42,902 bases of DNA. It comes from a virus (lineage: Duplodnaviria > Caudoviricetes). The stretch covers positions 1 to 42,902 of IMG/VR virus record IMGVR_UViG_3300012952_000034; one strand, 5' to 3'. The notes under the pieces are model-generated. The model was not told where the DNA came from and searched no databases. It saw only the letters and a program-made list of their open reading frames with translations. Positions 27,899 through 35,403 of this stretch are shown one piece after another (the first letter of the stretch is position 1; every line of letters starts with the position of its first letter). The translations under genes and the position numbers were made by a program.

Positions 27899-27962
27899 GT
27901 ATTATACCCACAAGGGATAATATACCCGTAGGGTATATATATCCCGTAGTGGGATATAATAC
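27899..27962. repeat. 64-bp imperfect palindrome, copy 2 (inverted relative to copy 1)
   Basis: GTATTATACCCACAAGGGATAATATACCC-GTA-GGGTATATATATCCCGTAGTGGGATATAATAC. Confidence 0.9.
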
Positions 27963-27971
27963 TAAGGGGCT

Positions 27972-28250
27972 TTATCCTTTCCCCTCTTCGCTTTCGCTGC
28001 GCTGCGCTGCAATTTGAGCCACCCTGACATATTTATCCAGTGCAGCCTGTCCGAGGATATATCCGCTCTGGACGAAACCGCTGACGACTATCATCGCGAG
28101 AAGGGCTGTCAGTGTTCCTCCTTCGCAGTTGAGATATATCATCCAACCCATGAGGAGCTTCCATCCAGCGTCGGCGATCAGGTACGCGAGGAACTTCTTC
28201 GATGAGAGAGGAAGCTTCTCTTTTGAGATTCGTTCTGCGAGGCGGGACAT
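27972..28250 (-). CDS. Second holin-like membrane protein
   Basis: LSSKKFLAYL...GYILGQAALD resembles LKSRKFWFAL...AYIFGQGYVD of 20350-20562. GGAG RBS. Confidence 0.6.
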   Translation of the reverse strand: MSRLAERISKEKLPLSSKKFLAYLIADAGWKLLMGWMIYLNCEGGTLTALLAMIVVSGFVQSGYILGQAALDKYVRVAQIAAQRSESEEGKG

Positions 28251-28268
28251 AATGGCTCCATGGAAAAA

Positions 28269-28310
28269 TGCGTTATTTTTGTTGCGTTAGATATTGCATT
28301 GTGCTATACT
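28269..28310 (+). promoter_or_regulatory. Promoter of the HTH-regulator operon, with operator half-sites
   Basis: TTGCGT-17-TATACT (28282-28310). TGCGTTA half-sites at 28269 and 28283, and TGTGCTA over the -10. Leader begins GTGTAAGACAAC. Confidence 0.65.
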
Positions 28311-28348
28311 CGGAGTGTAAGACAACCAACACAAGGAGACTAACCACA

Positions 28349-28486
28349 ATGAGAAAGACAGACAAAATCGCAAATTGGACCGAGGATAACGTGGACCTCT
28401 GGGGCGGCTGGATTATCGGCGCCGCTCTTGGAGCATACTTATTCTGGGTCTCACAATGGAACAGCTATCTTTATTCCATGCTATAG
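28349..28486 (+). CDS. 45-aa membrane peptide
   Basis: AAGGAG RBS before ATG 28349; single hydrophobic segment LWGGWIIGAALGAYLFWV. Confidence 0.65.
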   Translation: MRKTDKIANWTEDNVDLWGGWIIGAALGAYLFWVSQWNSYLYSML

Positions 28487-28496
28487 GAGGCAATAA

Positions 28497-28844
28497 ATGG
28501 GTATCGTAGACAATAGCAACAGAGGGAAACAAACCCGATTCAAGAAGTACAGCAGACATGGGATGAGACTTCCCAGACAGAAGATCTTTTCCACCGTCAA
28601 AGCGCTGTACATGGAAGAGACAGGAAACACGAACAAGGAGGTCGCCGAGGTGCTGGAGATCACTCCTCAGTCATGTTCGACGCTCGCGAGTGGTTCAGAC
28701 AGGAGACAGCCTCCTTTCTGTATCATTCTTCGGCTTCTCGATGAGATGGAGATGGGTCTTCTGCTCACTGGAGACGGGGTCGCCATCGTACCAGCAGGAG
28801 AAGGGGACGACCCAGATCCAGAAAACGAGGATCAGGATGAATAG
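28497..28844 (+). CDS. Cro/CI (XRE)-like helix-turn-helix regulator
   Basis: TNKEVAEVLEITPQSCSTLASG...PPFCIILRLLDEM. AGGAGG RBS. Confidence 0.75.
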   Translation: MGIVDNSNRGKQTRFKKYSRHGMRLPRQKIFSTVKALYMEETGNTNKEVAEVLEITPQSCSTLASGSDRRQPPFCIILRLLDEMEMGLLLTGDGVAIVPAGEGDDPDPENEDQDE

Positions 28845-29778
28845 CTCTAAGGCTAATAAACTTGACTGGATAATGACTGCGTCTCTCGGCGCTCTCTGGA
28901 GCTTGAGCGATCAGCAGAAAGAGAACGTCCGAGATTTCGGGGTCTGGGTGATTGACAACCATCTGACCCACGACGGAGAGATCGACCTTCCTCCGAGCTA
29001 CGGGGGAGGGGACGACTTTCTCTGGAGGTTATACAACGTCGGTTATTTTGATCCTGCTCTTGATCATGACATAGACGACGAGAGCTTCAACGCATCGTTT
29101 CTCTATGATTTCATCGAATGGCAGAAGGACTCCGCCCATCCTGTGAAGCTGACTCCCAAGCGTCTCAAGATGATCTATGGCTTCGTCATGGAAGAGTATA
29201 GGAGGATCCTCCTTTCGCAGCGACAGATCTCTCTCTTGTCTGCGGCTGTTCAGATGTGGGGGCTCATCCCTTCCCATCTGTCTGAGGCAATCCTCAAAAT
29301 AGAGGCTCAAAGGATGGAGGGCGCCCGTAAGCATGGCGAAACCTGCCCAGTGTGCAACCAGTTAGCCAAAGAGTACAAAGTGCGTTTCTCGGTGAATATG
29401 GCTGTCTTTCTGAGGAGCCTCGTCATTAACTATCTCCAAAACAGAGCCGAGGGAGGAGACGGCTGGATCCATTACAAGGAATGCACGTTCTCCAGCAGGA
29501 ATTATCCGTATGTCGCATATTGGGAGCTTGCCACGACCAGAGCAGACCCAGCAGGGCGAAAGCGTACTTCTGGAGAATGGAAGCCAACCCAGAAAGGGAT
29601 CGATTTCATTTTCAACAGGACAAAGGTTCCTCTCTATTGCTACACTTACAACGGCGCCGCGACAGGCTTCGACAACGCTACAGAGATCAACATCTCGGAA
29701 GCATTTGGAGGGGAAGAGTTCAACCTCTCGGAACTAATGGGGCTCGTACCCGATCAACAGGAGAAAGACCATGGATAA
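28837..29778 (+). CDS. Hypothetical protein with CxxC and a possible winged-helix C-terminal domain
   Basis: GETCPVCNQ...YWEL...GEWKPTQKGIDF. Start placed at ATG 28837. Confidence 0.65.
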   Translation: MNSSKANKLDWIMTASLGALWSLSDQQKENVRDFGVWVIDNHLTHDGEIDLPPSYGGGDDFLWRLYNVGYFDPALDHDIDDESFNASFLYDFIEWQKDSAHPVKLTPKRLKMIYGFVMEEYRRILLSQRQISLLSAAVQMWGLIPSHLSEAILKIEAQRMEGARKHGETCPVCNQLAKEYKVRFSVNMAVFLRSLVINYLQNRAEGGDGWIHYKECTFSSRNYPYVAYWELATTRADPAGRKRTSGEWKPTQKGIDFIFNRTKVPLYCYTYNGAATGFDNATEINISEAFGGEEFNLSELMGLVPDQQEKDHG

Positions 29779-30028
29779 CGTAATCCCCATCGAGACACCG
29801 AATGTCTACATGATCCGCGCTTATACGGACGAGAACAGCTATTTCGCGTTTGGCTTGTACGTCAACGCCGAGGACGCTAACAAAGCGGCTGATGAGCTTA
29901 TGGAGAGCGGGAGATATCACAAGACAGAGATCTCCAACATCTCGACCGAGGACTGGGGGGACACGACAAAGACAGACATGGTCGACGCTGGCTTCGCTGT
30001 TGACAGTTCAACACTGAAGAGGGTATAG
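29771..30028 (+). CDS. Hypothetical protein
   Basis: 85 aa, GGAG RBS, overlaps the upstream stop. Confidence 0.65.
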   Translation: MDNVIPIETPNVYMIRAYTDENSYFAFGLYVNAEDANKAADELMESGRYHKTEISNISTEDWGDTTKTDMVDAGFAVDSSTLKRV

Positions 30029-30053
30029 GATCTCCGACTAACAGGGAGAAGAT

Positions 30054-30641
30054 ATGAGCGACATTCCAAAGCTGCTGCAACGATCAAAGGATGCGGGTCA
30101 TGCAGTATTCACAAAGGGCGCCTATAACCTCAACATAATCGGCATTCGGTCAAAGAATAGAACCGCTGGAAGCTTCGACGACCAGATCCATCTGGTGTTC
30201 AAAGACGAATTCGGACAGTGGATCGACATCGGATTCCAATGCACCACAGACGCGGGGCTCTACTGGATGGAGGGGCGCGGGAACGGCAATAAGAAAGGAT
30301 GCGCCATCCTCAAGGCTGGACAGTATCGCGGGGTATACAAGATCGACAAGCACCGAGGAAAATACGACGCGCTCTGTCAGCGCCTCGGAAAGGTCTCGGT
30401 CTATAGGGATGACAATTACGACAAGATCATGGACATGGACGAAAGCAAGGTCCAATCTGGGTTTTTCGGCATTAACATCCATCGAGCCTCTGCGGCTAAT
30501 GAGACCGTCTCTGTCGAACGCTATTCGGCAGGGTGCCAAGTCATGAACAACCCAGAAGAATACGCGATCTTCATGTCTATCGTCAAGAAGGGAGCGGATC
30601 GATGGGGAAACCATTTCAGCTATACGCTACTTGAGGACTGA
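30054..30641 (+). CDS. Putative endolysin/peptidoglycan peptidase of L,D-transpeptidase (YkuD)-like type
   Basis: YNLNIIGIR...TTDAG...VYRD...GINIHRA-x10-SAGCQV His/Cys catalytic pattern. Confidence 0.7.
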   Translation: MSDIPKLLQRSKDAGHAVFTKGAYNLNIIGIRSKNRTAGSFDDQIHLVFKDEFGQWIDIGFQCTTDAGLYWMEGRGNGNKKGCAILKAGQYRGVYKIDKHRGKYDALCQRLGKVSVYRDDNYDKIMDMDESKVQSGFFGINIHRASAANETVSVERYSAGCQVMNNPEEYAIFMSIVKKGADRWGNHFSYTLLED

Positions 30642-30967
30642 TGAAAGCAAAAGTTTCCGCTGTGAAGCGGCTGTATCGGCTCGGTGTTCCGATACCTGAT
30701 CTTCTGGCTATGTTTGCAAGGCAGGGAAGACCCACGACGGCAGATGTCGGAGAATGGGTCATAGCTCACGCTCAGGATTTTCCTGTCGGCTTGTTTGCAG
30801 AGATGAAAGGGGCGAAAGCTGCTATCTTCATCGATCAAAATCACTATATGGAACTGGACTTCGGCGCCTTCTCTGTTCTGAATGCGGAAGGTACAGAGGA
30901 CGACCTGACGCTTGACGCAGGGGTCGACATGGATTCCATACTTGACAAATTGAACAAAAGGGACTAA
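30641..30967 (+). CDS. Hypothetical protein
   Basis: 108 aa, TGATG coupling with the upstream gene. Confidence 0.65.
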   Translation: MKAKVSAVKRLYRLGVPIPDLLAMFARQGRPTTADVGEWVIAHAQDFPVGLFAEMKGAKAAIFIDQNHYMELDFGAFSVLNAEGTEDDLTLDAGVDMDSILDKLNKRD

Positions 30968-31116
30968 CATCCCAATTAAGCCCTTGGGTCCGACTGCATT
31001 TCTCGCGCTGTAAATCGCTCACCTATGAAAAGGTCGAAACGTATCGCTGAGATTGTTGATCTCCGTTGTCTTACACTGGGGGAGGGGAGTGGTTACTCCT
31101 CCCCCTTCTATTTTTT
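30968..31116 (+). ncRNA. Candidate small RNA 1 (anti-leader seed plus terminator)
   Basis: 150-nt intergenic segment with several short hairpins. TCTCCGTTGTCTTACAC (31060-31076) is antisense to the regulon leader/RBS and is followed by a terminator hairpin. Confidence 0.45.
31078..31116 (+). terminator. Intrinsic terminator
   Basis: GGGGGAGG(GG)AGT-GGTT-ACTCCTCCCCC-TTCTATTTTTT. Confidence 0.75.
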
Positions 31117-31137
31117 CTGAAATATTTCTTTTTTTCC

Positions 31138-31165
31138 TTGACGGTAACTTACTATGTGTTATCTT
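31138..31165 (+). promoter_or_regulatory. Regulon promoter with 17-bp operator-like palindrome
   Basis: TTGACG-16-TATCTT containing TAACTTA-CTA-TGTGTTA (31145-31161). Confidence 0.8.
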
Positions 31166-31196
31166 ATATGTGTAAGACAAATCAACGGAGAAAAAA

Positions 31197-31508
31197 ATGA
31201 ATACCAACGAAAGACATGACATAGAAATTCCAAGAGGACAAAAAGAGCTTAATGAGCTTCTCATCGAGACCACCCTCGACAACGTCGACAGCCTTATGTC
31301 CTGCTTCAGCGTTGATAGAAAACATGCGGAATACAACGTCTGGCACTCAGAGCAGAACCTTATTCAAGCTCTTAACGAATCTCTTTTGGATGATGGCGCG
31401 GCTTACGACTCTTTCAAGGCTCAGTTTGATGCTGACAAAAAAGTAGAAGCTGAAGTTATCGAGATCATTCGGCTTCTGGCTAAATGGAAGCTCATCAATC
31501 AAGACTAA
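31197..31508 (+). CDS. Hypothetical early-type protein
   Basis: 103 aa, AACGGAGA RBS. Confidence 0.75.
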   Translation: MNTNERHDIEIPRGQKELNELLIETTLDNVDSLMSCFSVDRKHAEYNVWHSEQNLIQALNESLLDDGAAYDSFKAQFDADKKVEAEVIEIIRLLAKWKLINQD

Positions 31509-31542
31509 ACAGTTTAACCACACCAACCAACGGAGAGAGAAA

Positions 31543-32067
31543 ATGGGCTACTGGATCAAAGGAACAGTCACAGGAGAGGCGACCGCGACGCTTGAGCTTA
31601 ATGTTAGCTATAGCCATCTGGTCGCAGCAGATGAGGCATTCAACGGAGCAGACGCAGACGATGTCGATCCCTATGATGCCATGAACTATCTGGACGACGA
31701 AGGTCTTCTCGCTGCTCAGTTCGGCGGCGCCTATGAGGAGATCATGGAAGAGCTTCGCGGCAATTGCTGCGGATGCGTCGACGTTTCAGAGCGCGGATCT
31801 GGAATGGTTGAGGTAGAGGTCAGCGTCTGCGTGGAGATCGAGAGGACGTTTGACTTTGAGACTCGATTCCACGAAAAGATCACTTGCTGGGAATATGCCT
31901 TCCAGAGAGAGTTCGATGTGAGGATCAGCGTGAAGGAATGCAGGAAAGAGCTTAATGATCTCGGTCTCGGAAGAGGTGTCTCATGCGACAAATGCTCATC
32001 CTTCATCGACAGCGCCGAATTCGACTGCGAGGGGGAAGATGGTCAGACGTATTCTCTCGGCTTTTAA
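31543..32067 (+). CDS. Acidic, Cys-rich hypothetical protein
   Basis: 174 aa, AACGGAGA RBS; CCGC and CDKC motifs. Confidence 0.75.
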   Translation: MGYWIKGTVTGEATATLELNVSYSHLVAADEAFNGADADDVDPYDAMNYLDDEGLLAAQFGGAYEEIMEELRGNCCGCVDVSERGSGMVEVEVSVCVEIERTFDFETRFHEKITCWEYAFQREFDVRISVKECRKELNDLGLGRGVSCDKCSSFIDSAEFDCEGEDGQTYSLGF

Positions 32068-32075
32068 AAAAGTTC

Positions 32076-32103
32076 TTGACACTATCGCATATTGTGATAT
32101 AAG
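32076..32103 (+). promoter_or_regulatory. Regulon promoter with 17-bp operator-like palindrome
   Basis: TTGACA-16-TATAAG containing TATCGCA-TAT-TGTGATA (32083-32099). Confidence 0.8.
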
Positions 32104-32121
32104 TATAGAAACGGAGTAACC

Positions 32122-32568
32122 ATGACCAGACAGAAGACCAAAACCCCAAAGCATGAGCCTGTCGTTCAAACGGTATGGATCAAAGATCGGATCGATCTTG
32201 AGTGCCACACCGCGACACCGACATGGTTTGTCGAGTGTGCTCCTGAGATGTATAAGAGCATGGTCCTAAACAAAGACATGGGGCTCCGAGCCGCTCGCAG
32301 GGTCATAGCTGAGCATTCAGAGCGACTCGTCGAGCTTATCCGCGACGGGTACACCATGACATGCCAGTGCAAGCAGGGAAAGCACTTCAAGCCACACAGA
32401 AACGTCCTGAGCGTTATCCGATGCAAGACCTGCAAGGACTACAGCGAGCAGATCGCTCCTGAGTTCTCTAAGACCTTCCCTAACGGTCAGACGCTCAGGG
32501 TCGCCGCTACCTTCAAGACCTACCGAAAGGTTTTCGTTCTGGAGAGCGGCTACTACGAAAAGATTTAA
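32122..32568 (+). CDS. Hypothetical protein with a possible zinc-binding motif
   Basis: 148 aa; CQC...H...CKTC. AACGGAG RBS. Confidence 0.7.
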   Translation: MTRQKTKTPKHEPVVQTVWIKDRIDLECHTATPTWFVECAPEMYKSMVLNKDMGLRAARRVIAEHSERLVELIRDGYTMTCQCKQGKHFKPHRNVLSVIRCKTCKDYSEQIAPEFSKTFPNGQTLRVAATFKTYRKVFVLESGYYEKI

Positions 32569-32592
32569 GCGGACAATTCCTGTCCGCCCTTT
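32569..32592 (+). terminator. Probable weak intrinsic terminator
   Basis: GCGGACA-ATTCC-TGTCCGC-CCTTT. Confidence 0.55.
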
Positions 32593-32631
32593 CTGCGGCG
32601 GATGGGTTATTCTGCATACAGGAGATCAACT

Positions 32632-33894
32632 ATGGAAAACACCAAAGCGCTCAAAACGAAGATCGGAAGATACGAGAAGAGCGGAAGACTTGAAAGCCTC
32701 GGCGTATTCATGCCGATAACCAACACCGAGAAGGCGGATCTCATGTGTCCCCGTCTCTACTCGATGAGCTACGTCGAAGAGCTACAGTCTCCCCTAAAAG
32801 GAGAGGCTCTGCTTTATGGAATTGCTTACCATGAGATTCTTGAGCATGTCCTCAAGACCATAATGGTCGACGATGAAGCCATCCCAAGCCTGTCAATACT
32901 CCAGATCGCAGTGGATGAGATGGCTCCCGCTATTCTTTATCGGCTATGTCAGGAGCATGAGACGGATCCCCAGATTGTCGACGACATGTCCGACAGGATC
33001 TCTCGTTCGTTTGAGGGATGGTTTAACAACTGGGAGAGCCAGATTCATCCGTTCTATCGGTGCGTAGGTGTTGAGCTTGTGGTAGCGATGCCCATCACAG
33101 GAGACAGGGGCGAACCTTTCGACATGCCGATCTATATCGTCAACGATGGAGACGGCTACAGACCAGCGAGGATCGCTGAGGAAGGAGCTTATCTCCAGTC
33201 TGTACCCTTCTACCGCATCGGCAAGATAGACGCGCTTCTTGAGTGCAGGGAGACGGGCGCTCTGTACATCCTTGACCACAAGACAGCAGGGTCGATCTCC
33301 AGCTATGGGAGAAAGTTCGTCTATGATACCCAGCTTGTCGGCTATGCGGCTTGCATGAGATGGGAGATCGAGCATGGAGCCTATCAGCAATGGAAAGGGC
33401 GCAAGATCAAAGGAGTGATCTGGGACTTGATTAACAGCAAGCCTCCAGCGGTCCCGAAGCCTCTCAAGAGCGGGAAGCTCAGTAAGGCTATGACCAAGGC
33501 GCCGCCCAGCTATATCTTTCGGCGTGCTGTGGAGGCTCATGGTTTCGACATGGAAGACTATGAAGATCATATCGCTGAATTGCGCGACAAGGTGGACGGC
33601 AATCATCACAAGTGTCTCACCGAGAGCATTTATGGGGGCGACATGGACCGACTTGAGCGGGAGGATTATGGTCATGCAACCATGATCCATTCTCTCAGGA
33701 AGGCTCTTATCATGAGCGATGGGAGAAGCATCGACAGCGTAGCTCCTCGGCTTCCAGTCTGCTCCAAGTTCGGAACCTGCAAGCTTGGAACTGTATGCAC
33801 AGCGGGAGAGAACCCGAAGGACTCCATCAGTCCGAGAGCCGTTCGCGTCCGCTGGGAAGAGGAGAAAGAAAAAGAAGAAAAAGCGCTCTTCTAA
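32632..33894 (+). CDS. PD-(D/E)XK exonuclease, Cas4/RecB/AddB-like
   Basis: MCPR...GIAYHEILE...VEL...GKIDALL...ILDHKT...QLVGY, plus three C-terminal Cys (Fe-S staple pattern). AGGAG RBS before ATG 32632. Confidence 0.85.
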   Translation: MENTKALKTKIGRYEKSGRLESLGVFMPITNTEKADLMCPRLYSMSYVEELQSPLKGEALLYGIAYHEILEHVLKTIMVDDEAIPSLSILQIAVDEMAPAILYRLCQEHETDPQIVDDMSDRISRSFEGWFNNWESQIHPFYRCVGVELVVAMPITGDRGEPFDMPIYIVNDGDGYRPARIAEEGAYLQSVPFYRIGKIDALLECRETGALYILDHKTAGSISSYGRKFVYDTQLVGYAACMRWEIEHGAYQQWKGRKIKGVIWDLINSKPPAVPKPLKSGKLSKAMTKAPPSYIFRRAVEAHGFDMEDYEDHIAELRDKVDGNHHKCLTESIYGGDMDRLEREDYGHATMIHSLRKALIMSDGRSIDSVAPRLPVCSKFGTCKLGTVCTAGENPKDSISPRAVRVRWEEEKEKEEKALF

Positions 33895-33896
33895 GC

Positions 33897-33924
33897 TTGA
33901 CAGTATTTCATAATGAGTTATATT
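33897..33924 (+). promoter_or_regulatory. Regulon promoter with 17-bp operator-like palindrome
   Basis: TTGACA-16-TATATT containing TATTTCA-TAA-TGAGTTA (33904-33920). Confidence 0.75.
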
Positions 33925-33979
33925 CTAAACAGGTCGAGAGACCAAACGACAACGGAAACCAGCAACCAAGGAGAAGCCT

Positions 33980-34711
33980 ATGCCAGTCGTTACAGCAGCG
34001 TCCGCAATGGAAAGCGGATCAGCACCTATCAAAACCCTTATCTATGGACCATCGGGAGCGGGGAAAACCTTTCTCAGCGCATCAGCGCCTGATCCGATCT
34101 TCCTTCTGACTGAGCGCCAAGCGATCCCCAGCATCGCAGCCAGCAACCCAGACGCAAAGGTGGTCTATATCGAGACTGCTGACGAATTGCGGAAGTGCGT
34201 TACTGAGGCAATGAGGAAGGGGACCATCGAAGGCGCGACATTTACGACCATCGTACTCGACAGCCTGAGCGAAGCCCAGAGGATGCTCAGGGACGAGATT
34301 GAAAGCAATCCGAAGCGAAAAGAAGGCTCTGAGGGTCTCACCCGACAGGAGTGGGGAATCCTCGCCGACAAGACCAGAGCGCTGGTCCGAGCCTTGAGAA
34401 ACCTCCCTTTCAATGTCGTCTGTACCGCGCTCATGGAGGACAAGACCGACGACCAAGACGTTCGGCGAATTGCTCCTCTGTTCCAAGGTCAGAAGACGGG
34501 GCATGAGATTCCTCAATGGTTCACCATTATCGGCGCCCTTACTCGCTCAGTCACCAAGGACGAAGACGGGGGGAAATTGGTCGCTCGTCGGCTCATTCTC
34601 GACAGTTCAGCGAACGTCCTTTCCAAGGTGACAGAACCGCTTGAAGGGGTTATAATTAGCCCAGACCTGACGGACATCTTCAACCGAATTCACAGCCACC
34701 GCAAAGGCTAA
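33980..34711 (+). CDS. Sak4-like (AAA_24) ssDNA-annealing ATPase
   Basis: LIYGPSGAGKT Walker A, TIVLDSLSE Walker B, QEWG. Lies between the exonuclease and SSB genes. Confidence 0.85.
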   Translation: MPVVTAASAMESGSAPIKTLIYGPSGAGKTFLSASAPDPIFLLTERQAIPSIAASNPDAKVVYIETADELRKCVTEAMRKGTIEGATFTTIVLDSLSEAQRMLRDEIESNPKRKEGSEGLTRQEWGILADKTRALVRALRNLPFNVVCTALMEDKTDDQDVRRIAPLFQGQKTGHEIPQWFTIIGALTRSVTKDEDGGKLVARRLILDSSANVLSKVTEPLEGVIISPDLTDIFNRIHSHRKG

Positions 34712-34785
34712 AAATCTAACCACAAAGCCGAGGAGGGTTAGCCTCCTTCCTCGGATAATCAGCAACCTAAACATGGAGCTTAAAC

Positions 34786-35403
34786 ATGGCTAAAATCAAC
34801 CCACAAGACTACGCTAATAACAGCAGTAGCAACAACCAGAACAACGGATCGGAAACCCAAGAGCGGAAAGACGTTACGACGGCAGGAGTCAAAGTCCTCC
34901 AGCCTGCGGCTGCTTCATTCCGCACAACGATGAGCGGCAAGCTTCAGCTTGAGATCGCTTTCGCCTGCCTTGAGAGCATGGATCACCCTATGCTGGAGAA
35001 CGGAGGTCTCTACATGGAGAAGTTCAGCCTCTCAGAAGGCGCGCTCTGGCGGATCGGAAACTTCGCCAATGCTATCGGCTATTCGACTCCGTTCGATCCC
35101 GAGCATGGTCCAGACGTTCTCTCTCTCATCTCAGCAGCGAAGCCATTCCGCGCCAAGCTGGAAGAGCGGGAGTGGAACGACAAGACCTATCTCCAGATCA
35201 AGTTCTTCGATGGATGGAGAGGCGCCGCGACGGACGAACAGAAAAAGCTCGTCTCCTCATGCGGGAAACGCTATAATGCTCTTGTCAAGAGCAGGGTCGA
35301 CAACGGCTGGGAGGTTACTCCCATCAGAGCGCCAGAAGTCAATCCGCTCGATGAATCGGGAGGATGGGACGATCCAGCAGGCGCCGAAGACATCCCATTC
35401 TAA
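34786..35403 (+). CDS. ssb: Single-stranded DNA-binding protein
   Basis: OB-fold-like phage SSB following the Sak4-like gene; acidic C-terminus GAEDIPF. Confidence 0.75.
   Translation: MAKINPQDYANNSSSNNQNNGSETQERKDVTTAGVKVLQPAAASFRTTMSGKLQLEIAFACLESMDHPMLENGGLYMEKFSLSEGALWRIGNFANAIGYSTPFDPEHGPDVLSLISAAKPFRAKLEEREWNDKTYLQIKFFDGWRGAATDEQKKLVSSCGKRYNALVKSRVDNGWEVTPIRAPEVNPLDESGGWDDPAGAEDIPF

Noticed and set aside
31005-31040. Hammerhead-like ACCT...AGGTCGAAAC and tRNA-Tyr-like CTGTAAA loop
   Set aside because: There is no CTGANGA core before the stem, and no D arm, T arm or acceptor stem for a tRNA.
32632-33894. Cas4-like nuclease as evidence of CRISPR-Cas
   Set aside because: No repeat-spacer array or other cas genes were seen. 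The context (Sak4, SSB, RuvC) is a standard phage recombination module.
34949-35350. N-terminal extension of the 349-aa ORF in the track
   Set aside because: It overlaps ssb in another frame and has low-complexity Ser/Arg composition. The RuvC motifs begin only after about 35420.
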